Below the pieces are notes generated by a model. It made no database searches. It saw nothing but the letters and a program-made list of their open reading frames with translations, and was not told the DNA's origin. The translations under genes were made by a program, and so were the position numbers. DNA of 64,000 bases from Pyrinomonadaceae bacterium. Lineage in GTDB: Bacteria; Acidobacteriota; Blastocatellia; Pyrinomonadales; Pyrinomonadaceae. The stretch covers positions 64,001-128,000 of the forward strand of contig JBKBYA010000006.1 of assembly GCA_046313635.1 (NCBI GenBank), in the 5' to 3' direction. Below are positions 9,913 through 18,085 of the stretch, piece by piece (within the stretch, counting starts at the first letter, position 1; each line of letters starts with the position of its first letter).

Positions 9913-11055
9913 CTACTTATTTGCGTCGAGGGCCTCGTTGGCGAGGTCGTGAAAGCGGCGGCGGACCGCGTTGATGTTGACGAAGGGCAGATCGTGAGCG
10001 TGCGTGCGATTGGTCAGCAGTATGAAGATGCGTTCGGTGACCGGATCGATCCACAAACTCGTCCCCGTAAATCCCAAATGCCCGAAAGCACTCGGCGACA
10101 TCCGCGAGCCCGCGGTCGAGCCCGGCGTCTCAGCAAGCTGAAAAGCTAGCGACCGGGCCTCGTTCATCCCTAGCGTGAAATTCGTGCGAAAAAGCTCGGT
10201 CGTCTCAGGCTTGAGCAAGGTCGTGTAGTTCGGCAAAAACTGCAGCGCGATCTTGAAGACCTCTTCCGCCGTCGAGAACAATCCCGCATGCCCCGCCGCG
10301 CCGCCCATAAACCACGCGTTCCCGTCGTGCACCTCGCCCCAAATAAGACGATCACGAAGCAAGTCAGAACCATCCGCGTGAGCGGGAGGGCTCTTCACGC
10401 CGTCATCATCTAAGTACCCGAGCTCTACACACGTCCGCCGCTCGTACTCGTTTCCCTTTTCACTCGCAGCGGTCCGAATTTTCAATTCCGCGGGCGGGTT
10501 GAACCAAGTATCCTTCAATCCGAGCGGCTCGACGATCTCTTTGCCCGCGACAACATCGATGCGGCAGCCGGCCGCCGCTTCGATCAAAAACATCAGCGCA
10601 ATGAAGTTGAGATCGCTGTACACCACGCGCGGCGTCACGGCCTCCGGCGCGATCTCGAGGAACTGGCCAAGGATCTCTCGGCGCTCCTTCACCAGCAGGT
10701 AGAATGGGCGCCATGCCGGCAGACCGGACGTATGAGTAAGAAGTGAGAGCGGTGAACGAAAATGAATGCCGTGGAAGTTCGGATGAGAATCCCGCAGATC
10801 GATCGCGATGCCGTCCTCGAGACCTTCCTCCCCAAACAGCTTTGCGTACAGGAGCCCCGTCACGAGCGGCTTGGTCAGACTCGCCAGATCGTAGATCGTA
10901 TCCGGCCTCGCCTCGATCCGCTCCGGCTCGACCACTGCGTATCCGAGCGCGTCCTGAAAAACGATCTCGCCTTTTTCGGCGACGAGATATACGGCCGAGG
11001 GAAAGTCGTTTGCGGCGATGCGTTCGGCGAGAAAGGCGGAGATCTTTTCGTTCAT
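9913..11055 (-). CDS. Serine hydrolase, beta-lactamase class C/AmiE-like family
   Basis: YDLASLTKP (SxxK), LLTHTSGL, YSDLNF, GEVHDGNA, AGHAGLFST, FGHLGFTGTS. Start set at MNEKIS (11055). Confidence 0.9.
   Translation of the reverse strand: MNEKISAFLAERIAANDFPSAVYLVAEKGEIVFQDALGYAVVEPERIEARPDTIYDLASLTKPLVTGLLYAKLFGEEGLEDGIAIDLRDSHPNFHGIHFRSPLSLLTHTSGLPAWRPFYLLVKERREILGQFLEIAPEAVTPRVVYSDLNFIALMFLIEAAAGCRIDVVAGKEIVEPLGLKDTWFNPPAELKIRTAASEKGNEYERRTCVELGYLDDDGVKSPPAHADGSDLLRDRLIWGEVHDGNAWFMGGAAGHAGLFSTAEEVFKIALQFLPNYTTLLKPETTELFRTNFTLGMNEARSLAFQLAETPGSTAGSRMSPSAFGHLGFTGTSLWIDPVTERIFILLTNRTHAHDLPFVNINAVRRRFHDLANEALDANK
10363..10390. repeat. REP-like palindromic unit lying in frame within the serine hydrolase CDS
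   Basis: GTCAGAACCATCCGCGTGAGCGGGAGGG with a CCGC-GTGA-GCGG core hairpin; translates as PPAHADGSD. Confidence 0.55.
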
Positions 11056-11160
11056 CGGCGCGTATATGTTAACCGAGCGCGATGTCTTTGACACCCGGAC
11101 CCTGCGGGAATACACTTCCCTTCGCCGATCAAAACCCATTTGGAGGACCCCAAAATTCTT

Positions 11161-11607
11161 ATGAGCAAAGTAGAATCTGCAGAACTTATCCTGAAGCTTT
11201 ACGACCTCCGCCGCGAGGCCACGATGCGGCAGGCACGTAACTGGTTTTTTACGTTCAACCCGACGAGCGTCGAGGAGTTTGAAAAAACGATGATGGACCC
11301 CGAGGTCGGCGGCTACCTGCGAATGGTGACGTCGTACTGGGACATGGCCGCGGCCCTCGTCAACCATGGCGCGATCGACGCCGAGATGTTCAACGACACG
11401 GTCGGCGAGCACATCGGCGTATTTGCCAAGATCGAGCCGTTCCTTGCGGAGCTTCGCGAGCGCTGGCAGATGCCCGACGCATTCAAGCATCTCGAAAAGG
11501 TCATCTACGACAAGCCGAACGGCAAAGAGCAGCTCGAGCGCACCCGCGAATGGATGCGATCGATCCAGCAGCAGATGGCAGGTCAAGCAAGCGAAGCCAG
11601 CGCGTAA
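11161..11607 (+). CDS. Conserved hypothetical protein (DUF4760-like)
   Basis: 'AELILKLYDLRREATMRQARNWF...MVTSYWDMAAALVNHGAID'; GGAGG upstream and a terminator downstream. Confidence 0.7.
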   Translation: MSKVESAELILKLYDLRREATMRQARNWFFTFNPTSVEEFEKTMMDPEVGGYLRMVTSYWDMAAALVNHGAIDAEMFNDTVGEHIGVFAKIEPFLAELRERWQMPDAFKHLEKVIYDKPNGKEQLERTREWMRSIQQQMAGQASEASA

Positions 11608-11631
11608 ACACGATCGATGTCGCAAACAGCG

Positions 11632-11659
11632 AGGCTGCCTCTAGAGGCAGCCTTTTTTT
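11632..11659 (+). terminator. Rho-independent terminator
   Basis: Perfect 22-bp palindrome AGGCTGCCTCTAGAGGCAGCCT followed by a T-tract. Confidence 0.8.
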
Positions 11660-11720
11660 CTCTCGTTTCCGTCAGACCTCCTTCTCGTTTTTTTTCGGTG
11701 CGGTCCGCTTCCTCTTAGCG

Positions 11721-11867
11721 TAGCCCCGCCGTTCACGGCGGGGTCAAGGCAGGCAGAAATATCAAAGGGCGTTTTAACGCCCTTTAGGTCTCGTCGTTCG
11801 GTAGGCCCGTTAAAACGGGCTGCGACTCCGTGTACGGCCTTGACCACGCCCTGAAGGGGCGTGGCGA
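11721..11867. mobile_element. REPIN/MITE-like non-autonomous palindromic element
   Basis: Imperfect terminal inverted repeats of about 30 bp, each a hairpin (CCCCGCCG-TTCA-CGGCGGGG; CCACGCCC-TGAAG-GGGCGTGG), around two internal hairpins (AAAGGGCGTT-TT-AACGCCCTTT; GCCCGTT-AA-AACGGGC). Confidence 0.7.
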
Positions 11868-11882
11868 TGTCCCAGAAACAAA

Positions 11883-12902
11883 TCAAAAATTACTCGCCCC
11901 TCCGATGGCGAGTTTCTTCACGTGCTCCTCGATCCGCTCGAGCACTCCGACGGCGAGAGCGAGCGCTCGGCGGCCGTCTTCGCCCGTGACGGGCGGCTCC
12001 GACCCCGATTCGATCGCGTCGAGAAATGCCGTGATCTCCGCACGCAGCGGCTCGACGTCGTCGATCTGGAGACGGTTGATCGAGATGCCGAGCAGAGGGT
12101 TGTCGGCGTTCGGTGCAAGCGATGTGAGCGAGGCGAACTTGGTCGCGTAGTCGAGCACGACGTACGCGTTGGTCTGGTAAAAGCGCGTCTTGCGGATCTT
12201 TTCGGTGCCGATGCGCGAGGCAGTGATGTTGGCAACGGCGCCGTTCTCAAATTCGATCCGCGCGTTCGCTGCATCGACCTTGTCCGAGATCACGGGAATG
12301 CCGACGGCACGGATCTCCGACACTTTTACATCTTCACCGACGAGCCACTGCACGGCGTCGAGATCGTGGATCATCACGTCGAGCACGACGTCGACGTCGA
12401 GCGAGCGATTCGGAAAGGGCGAAACGCGGTGGATCTCGAAATACAGCGGCCGCGTCACGTGCGGCCTGAGCGCGACCATCGCCGGATTGAAGCGCTCAAG
12501 CTGCCCCACCATCAACTTTGCTCCCGAGCCTTTCGCGGCCGCGATCATCCTGTCCGCCTCGTCGAGCGTGATCGCGATCGGCTTCTCGACGAGCACGTGC
12601 ACGCCCTTTTGCAAAAAGGCGCAGGCGATCTCGCAGTGCGTCTCGGTCGGCGTCGCGATCGAGACGACGTCCGTTTTGTCGATCAGCTCGCGCCAATCCG
12701 TAAACGACGCGGTCGAATGTTCGCCGGCGATCTTTTGCGCGGTCTCGGTGCTTGAGTCGCACACGCCGACAAACTCTACCCGGCGCTCGCCCGCAAGCTC
12801 GGCATAGTTGCGTGCATGATGACGCCCGAGGCTGCCGACGCCGATCGCGGCGGCGCGGAGCGGATGGCGGGTTGCGGATTTCGGATCGCGGATCTCAGAC
12901 AT
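11883..12902 (-). CDS. Gfo/Idh/MocA family oxidoreductase (GnnA-like)
   Basis: IGVGSLGRHH, HVLVEKPIA, VGQLERFNPA, DVVLDVMIHDLD. Confidence 0.9.
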   Translation of the reverse strand: MSEIRDPKSATRHPLRAAAIGVGSLGRHHARNYAELAGERRVEFVGVCDSSTETAQKIAGEHSTASFTDWRELIDKTDVVSIATPTETHCEIACAFLQKGVHVLVEKPIAITLDEADRMIAAAKGSGAKLMVGQLERFNPAMVALRPHVTRPLYFEIHRVSPFPNRSLDVDVVLDVMIHDLDAVQWLVGEDVKVSEIRAVGIPVISDKVDAANARIEFENGAVANITASRIGTEKIRKTRFYQTNAYVVLDYATKFASLTSLAPNADNPLLGISINRLQIDDVEPLRAEITAFLDAIESGSEPPVTGEDGRRALALAVGVLERIEEHVKKLAIGGASNF

Positions 12903-13007
12903 TTCTAGTGTTTGAAAGGTACGTTAAAGTCGGCAATACTTTACATTCTCTGCAAAGTCACGCCGGATGACAAAACAACAATCCGAAAACCGCAATTCGC
13001 AATCGGC
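12860..13007. repeat. Inverted pair of degenerate heptamer arrays (GCGGATY / AATCCGC) in the 5' ends of two divergent genes
   Basis: gcggatg-gcgggtt-gcggatt-tcggatc-gcggatc (12860-12894) versus aatccga-aaaccgc-aattcgc-aatcggc (12980-13007). Confidence 0.6.
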
Positions 13008-14496
13008 GATCGTCTGGCTCGTGCTCGCCGCGCTGACGGTCTTTACGTACTTCTTCGGCCTCAGCATTCCGCTCGTCGGGCCCGACGAGCCGCGATATGC
13101 GCAGGTCGCGCGCGAGATGTTCGAGCGAGGCGATTGGGTCACGCCGACGCTCGGCGGGCACACTTGGTTTGAAAAGCCGGCGCTTCTTTACTGGCTCGAG
13201 ATCGCGTCGTACCACGTCTTTGGCGTGAACGAATTTGCCGCGCGGTTCGGCTCGGCGCTGTTTGGTCTCTGCACCGTTATTTGTCTCTGGCTGATCGGCC
13301 GGCGCGTCGCCGGCAGCGGCCGAGACGGCGTCGCTCCGTTCTCAAATTGGCTCGCTCTCGCCGCGGCGACGTCGATCGGGATGATCGTCTTTTCGCGCGG
13401 CGCGAGCTTTGACATCATCCTCACTTTCCCGATCACGGCGGCGTTGACGGCTTTCTTCTATTTCGATCGCGGCGGCAAGATGCCCGGCACGCACGGTTCG
13501 ACACTGCCGCTCGCGCTCTTTTACTTTTTCACCGGCGTCGCGGTCATCGCCAAGGGGCTGGTCGGCATCGTCTTTCCGTACGCGATCGTCGCGTTCTATT
13601 TCGTGCTCGGGCGCCGAATGCCGTCGCGCAGGCTCATTTTGAGTTTTGTGTGGGGCACGCTGCTCGCCGCGGCGGTCGCCGGCATCTGGTATGTGCCGGT
13701 GTATCTCGCGAACGGCTGGAGCTTTGTCGACGAGTTCATCATCCAGCATCACTTTCAGCGGTACCTGACGAACAAATACTTTCACCCGCAGCCGTTCTAT
13801 TTTTTCCTTTGGGTCTTGCCGCTGATGACGATCCCTTGGCTGCCGTTCTTTTTTGTCGGCGCCTGGCGTGCCGGCAAGGCATTGTTCAACTGTCTCATGC
13901 GGCGCGGCGCGGCGGCACGGCCGGAGCCGCTTCTGACATTTGCGGCCGCATGGCTTTTGGTGCCGCTCGTATTCTTTTCTTTCTCGGGTTCGAAGCTGCC
14001 CGGCTACATAATGCCCGCGGTGCCGCCCGCGATCATCGTTGCCGCTTTTGCGATCGAGCGGTTTGTCGGATCGAGTCTTCGCCGCGCCGCCATGGTCCAG
14101 GGCGCGGCGGCCGCGACGCTCGTGACGGTCGTCGCGCTTTTGATTTTTGTCGTGCCGTTATTTGCTGACGGCGACTCGGTCAAGCGAATGATCGCCGAGG
14201 CCGACGCGCGCGGCTACCGCGACAGCAGGGTCGTGTGCATGCATCACCTCGTTCACAACGCAGAGTTCTACGCCGCGGGCAGGATGGTCCGGAACGAGGA
14301 CGGAGATCTCGCAAAGCTGCTCGGTCCGGGCGAGGTGCTGCGTGAGACCCGACGCGGGCAAGGCCGTACGGTGCTTGTGCTCGTGCCGAAGGAATACGAA
14401 AGAACGCTCACCGGAGCGCCGTATCTAACGGCTGAGAAGATCGCTGAAAACAGCGAGACCTCCTTGGTGGCCGTCCGCGAAAATGGCGGCCGTTAA
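12967..14496 (+). CDS. ArnT/PMT-like membrane glycosyltransferase (GT39/GT83)
   Basis: PDEPRYAQVAREM, GDWVTP, WFEKPALLYWL, AKGLVG, SKLPGYIMP; polytopic membrane protein. Confidence 0.9.
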   Translation: MTKQQSENRNSQSAIVWLVLAALTVFTYFFGLSIPLVGPDEPRYAQVAREMFERGDWVTPTLGGHTWFEKPALLYWLEIASYHVFGVNEFAARFGSALFGLCTVICLWLIGRRVAGSGRDGVAPFSNWLALAAATSIGMIVFSRGASFDIILTFPITAALTAFFYFDRGGKMPGTHGSTLPLALFYFFTGVAVIAKGLVGIVFPYAIVAFYFVLGRRMPSRRLILSFVWGTLLAAAVAGIWYVPVYLANGWSFVDEFIIQHHFQRYLTNKYFHPQPFYFFLWVLPLMTIPWLPFFFVGAWRAGKALFNCLMRRGAAARPEPLLTFAAAWLLVPLVFFSFSGSKLPGYIMPAVPPAIIVAAFAIERFVGSSLRRAAMVQGAAAATLVTVVALLIFVVPLFADGDSVKRMIAEADARGYRDSRVVCMHHLVHNAEFYAAGRMVRNEDGDLAKLLGPGEVLRETRRGQGRTVLVLVPKEYERTLTGAPYLTAEKIAENSETSLVAVRENGGR

Positions 14497-15443
14497 CCCA
14501 CCGCCGCCCGCCGCAAACGGTCCATCAACGCTCGGCCGATCCCGCTCTCGTCGACGCTCTCGCAGTAGATCTCGGCAATCCCGGCGGCGTCGCATTCTCT
14601 GAAAAAAGAAAAGAGCCGCCTCGCATACTCGTCAACATCTCGCGCGACCACGGCCCTCCGAAAGCTCGCCGTCGGCTTTGTCACGCCGATATACGCTGCG
14701 TCCAGCGGCGTCGGCGGGTCGACAGCAGCGTCGCACAGATGCACGCGCGCTCGCGGCGAGTAGTGCCTGTGCTTTAGGCCAGGACTGCGAACGGGCGCGT
14801 CGACGGCCGACGGGTCGTAGATCCGTATCGAGGGCACGACCTCGGCCAGCTGCTCGAGCGAGATCGCTCCTGTCCGCAGCATCACGGGAGCGTCATCGAT
14901 CGAGCAGTCGACGACGGTCGACTCGAGACCGATCTCGGTCGCCTCGCCCTGCAGTATGCAGTCGATGCGCCCGTCGAGGTCCTCGAGCACGGCCTGCCAC
15001 GTCGTCGGGCTCGGGCGGCCCGAGAGATTTGCCGAAGGCGCGGCCACGGGCGTCGCCGCCGCTGTCAAGAAAAGTCGTGCAAGATCGTGCCTCGGCATTC
15101 GCACGCCGATCGTATCGAGCCCGGCGGTCGCGACATCGGGAACGTTCGCGGCCCGCGGCAGAACAAGCGTCAGCGGCCCCGGAAAAAACCGCTCGATAAG
15201 CCGCTCAGCGTCACGAGAGAGCTCTCGCGCGAGCAGCGGTATCTGATCGACCGCTCCGACGTGTGCGATCAGCGGATTGTCCGCCGGGCGCCGCTTTGCC
15301 TCGAAGATGCGCTCGACGGCCGCGGCGTCAAAGACGTCTGCGCCGAGGCCGTAAACGGTCTCGGTCGGAAACGCGGCGAGCCTGCCCGAGCGTATGAACT
15401 CGGCGGCTTCCGCGGGTGATGTCGTCAATATCGTGCGCGGCAC
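14493..15443 (-). CDS. sua5: L-threonylcarbamoyladenylate synthase (Sua5/TsaC)
   Basis: AFPTETVYGLGAD, KRRPADNPLIAHV, PGPLT, AAPSANLSGRPSPT, SPGLKHRHYSP. Confidence 0.95.
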   Translation of the reverse strand: MPRTILTTSPAEAAEFIRSGRLAAFPTETVYGLGADVFDAAAVERIFEAKRRPADNPLIAHVGAVDQIPLLARELSRDAERLIERFFPGPLTLVLPRAANVPDVATAGLDTIGVRMPRHDLARLFLTAAATPVAAPSANLSGRPSPTTWQAVLEDLDGRIDCILQGEATEIGLESTVVDCSIDDAPVMLRTGAISLEQLAEVVPSIRIYDPSAVDAPVRSPGLKHRHYSPRARVHLCDAAVDPPTPLDAAYIGVTKPTASFRRAVVARDVDEYARRLFSFFRECDAAGIAEIYCESVDESGIGRALMDRLRRAAVG

Positions 15444-15529
15444 ACGAGCATCTTACGCATTCGATATCACGTAAACAAAAAGCCGCTCACAACGTCGAGC
15501 GGCCAAAACGAATTCGAGTGCCAAGCGGA

Positions 15530-15802
15530 CTATCCCTCGGCCTCGCGGCTGATCGCGGCATCGCCGCCTACACGGGCGGCGGCACGCGCAAGGAGCAGCA
15601 GCACGACAACGGCGAGGATCGTGGCGGCGATGGCGTAGGTGTAGAGTCCGGCAAGGCTGTCGTCTGCATTCAGGACCTGCTTCAACGTCTCTTTGATCGC
15701 ATCGTTCCACGCGAGAGCGCATACGAGACCGAGCGCGGCCGAGGCAAGGGTGATCATTGACTGGACTACGGCGCGCGCCTGTTCGGTTGATCTGTGAGCC
15801 AT
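15530..15802 (-). CDS. Small membrane protein (DUF5654-like)
   Basis: 'SAALGLVCALAWNDAIK' motif and two TM helices; AAGGAG Shine-Dalgarno. Confidence 0.7.
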   Translation of the reverse strand: MAHRSTEQARAVVQSMITLASAALGLVCALAWNDAIKETLKQVLNADDSLAGLYTYAIAATILAVVVLLLLARAAARVGGDAAISREAEG

Positions 15803-15950
15803 ACTTGTTTTCTCCTTTGTCGTATTTGCGGATGGAATTACGACTTCTCTTTAGCCGAATTCCGGTACGGGTGTCAAACGTCCGCCAGCACCGGCCGTTG
15901 CCGTGTGCGGCTCTATTCCCCTGCCCCGCGCGTTACGTTAAACTTTTTGT

Positions 15951-17795
15951 ATGACCATCGCCGAGAAGCTGAAGATGCTTCCGACCGCCGCCGGCATTTA
16001 TCTGCACAAGAATGCCGACGGCCGGATCATCTATGTCGGCAAGGCCAAGAATCTGCGCAATCGCGTCAGAAGCTACTTCCAGTCGAGCCGCACTATGGAC
16101 CCCAAGACGCGGCGGCTCGTCAAGCTGATCGCCGATTTTGAGTTCATCGTCGTCGACAACGAGGTCGAGGCGCTCGCCCTCGAGTCGAACCTGATCAAAA
16201 AGCACAAGCCGCGCTTCAACGTACTGCTCAAGGACGACAAACAGTACCCGCACCTCAAGCTCACCAACGAGCCTTATCCGAAGGTCGTCATCACCCGAAA
16301 GATCGTGCGCGACGGCTCGAGCTACTTTGGCCCGTTTCTGCCGGCGGCTCTCGCGCGCAAGACGCTCGATCTGATAAACCGTGCGTTCCAGCTTCGCACG
16401 TGCGAGATCGAGATCGACGGCAAGCTGCCGCGGCCATGTCTCGAGTATCACCTCAAACGCTGCCTCGGCCCGTGCGTCAAGGGTCTCTGCACGCAGGACG
16501 AATATCAGGAGGCCGCCCGCGACGTAAAGCTGCTGCTCGAGGGCCGCAATAAAGAGCTCGCCCGCGAGCTCGAGCAGCGAATGTGGCGCTTTGCCGAAGA
16601 GGACAAATTCGAGCTCGCCGCCAAGTACCGCGATCTGCACCGCACCGTGCTCGCGCTCGGCGAGCAGCAAAAGATGGCGACGACCGCCGATCTCGACATC
16701 GACATCTTCGGCTACTATCGCGAAGGGCCGCGGCTCGCTCTGCAGCTCTTTACGATGCGCGAGGGCCGCATCGTCGGCCGGCGAGAATTCTTTTGGGAAG
16801 ACCTGCCCGAGGACGGCGAATTTGACGCGTCGGAGTTTCTCGGCGAGGTGCTCGCGCAGTACTACACGACCGACTACGTGCCGCTCGAGATACACGTGCC
16901 GAACGACTTTGAGGACCGGCCCATCCTCGAGCAGGCGCTCACGCAGCGACGCGGCCGCAAGGTCCGCATCTACGACCCGAAGCGCGGCAAAAAGCGCGAC
17001 CTTGTCGAGCTCGTCACGACCAACGCAAAGATCGCATTCGAGCAGCGCTTTCGCGTGCTCAAGCCCGACAGCGAGCGCGTGCTGCAGGACCTCGAGGAGC
17101 TGCTCGAGCTCTCGCACTTTCCGCAGCGGATCGAGTCGTTCGACATCTCGAACATTCAGGGCGCCGAGAACGTCGCCGGCATCGTCGTCTTTGAGAACGG
17201 CAAGCCGGCACGCGCAGAATATCGCCGCTACATCATCAAGAGCGTCGAGGGAGCGAACGATTTTGCCTCGATGCACGAGGCCGTCTTTCGCCGCTACAAG
17301 CGCCAGCTCGCCGAGGAGAAGCCGCTGCCTCAGGTCGTCTTTATCGACGGCGGCAAGGGCCAGCTCTCGGCCGCCGCGGCCGCGATGCGCGAGCTCGACC
17401 TCGAGGCGATCACGCTCGTCGGCCTCGTCAAGCCGCCGAAGCGTCATAACGAGATCTCGCACCTGCTCGTCTTTGGCCGCGAAGACGCGCCGATACCTTT
17501 CGACCGCAACTCGCTCGCGTTCCGGCTGATCCTGCAGATCCGCGAGGAGACGCACAAGACCGCCGTCCAATATCACCGCAAGCGGCGGGAGATGCGCGAC
17601 TTTACATCCGAACTCTCAGAGATACCCGGCGTCGGCGAGCGGCGAAAGATGAAACTCCTGCGCAGCTTCGGCTCGATCGAGCGCATCGCCAAGGCCAGCA
17701 TCGAAGAGCTTGCTCCCTTCGTCGGGCCAAAGACGGCCGCCGAGATCGCGGCGCACTTCCAGCGTCAGCGCGAGGCCGCCGCGAGGACGGCGTGA
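15951..17795 (+). CDS. uvrC: Excinuclease ABC subunit C
   Basis: GIY-YIG domain (GIYLH...IIYVGKAKNLRNRVRSYF), CLEYHLKRCLGPC, RIESFDISN, IDGGKGQL, HhH IPGVG. Confidence 0.97.
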   Translation: MTIAEKLKMLPTAAGIYLHKNADGRIIYVGKAKNLRNRVRSYFQSSRTMDPKTRRLVKLIADFEFIVVDNEVEALALESNLIKKHKPRFNVLLKDDKQYPHLKLTNEPYPKVVITRKIVRDGSSYFGPFLPAALARKTLDLINRAFQLRTCEIEIDGKLPRPCLEYHLKRCLGPCVKGLCTQDEYQEAARDVKLLLEGRNKELARELEQRMWRFAEEDKFELAAKYRDLHRTVLALGEQQKMATTADLDIDIFGYYREGPRLALQLFTMREGRIVGRREFFWEDLPEDGEFDASEFLGEVLAQYYTTDYVPLEIHVPNDFEDRPILEQALTQRRGRKVRIYDPKRGKKRDLVELVTTNAKIAFEQRFRVLKPDSERVLQDLEELLELSHFPQRIESFDISNIQGAENVAGIVVFENGKPARAEYRRYIIKSVEGANDFASMHEAVFRRYKRQLAEEKPLPQVVFIDGGKGQLSAAAAAMRELDLEAITLVGLVKPPKRHNEISHLLVFGREDAPIPFDRNSLAFRLILQIREETHKTAVQYHRKRREMRDFTSELSEIPGVGERRKMKLLRSFGSIERIAKASIEELAPFVGPKTAAEIAAHFQRQREAAARTA

Positions 17796-17949
17796 GCCAA
17801 ACTGCCGCCGCCTGCCGCGCCGCTCAAGTACCGCTCTTCATCCATAAATTTGAATTTCTCTGCTGATATTCGTAGCCGGCCGCCCGCCGCCCTCCGATAA
17901 ATGACGATCTCGAATAATAAATATCAGGGCTCCCAATAATTGCTCCGTA

Positions 17950-17965
17950 CGGAATATCAGTTGCC
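17950..17965 (+). promoter_or_regulatory. Putative sigma-54 (-24/-12) promoter
   Basis: CGGAATATCAGTTGCC is GG-N10-GC with TTGC, about 120 bp upstream of the TonB receptor start. Confidence 0.35.
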
Positions 17966-18085
17966 TCGCTGAGTTTGTCACGTCACCACAAAAGCTCGAG
18001 ACGCTTCATGCTCGACCGGTCACGACCACCACTATGCTCGGTTCCGGTCCAGGCAAGTCCCATAAATTCAAAACGGAGGATTCTG

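Noticed and set aside
11056..11625. N-terminal extension of the 570-aa serine hydrolase ORF
   Set aside because: It overlaps the plus-strand gene 11161-11607; family similarity starts at MNEKIS (11055).
11641..11886. 81-aa ORF across the palindromic element
   Set aside because: It is a translation of the REPIN-like hairpins and the terminator, with no protein-like features.
17796..18085. Cobalamin or TPP riboswitch ahead of the TonB receptor
   Set aside because: I did not see the B12-box or TPP core motifs; an Rfam scan would be needed to exclude them fully.
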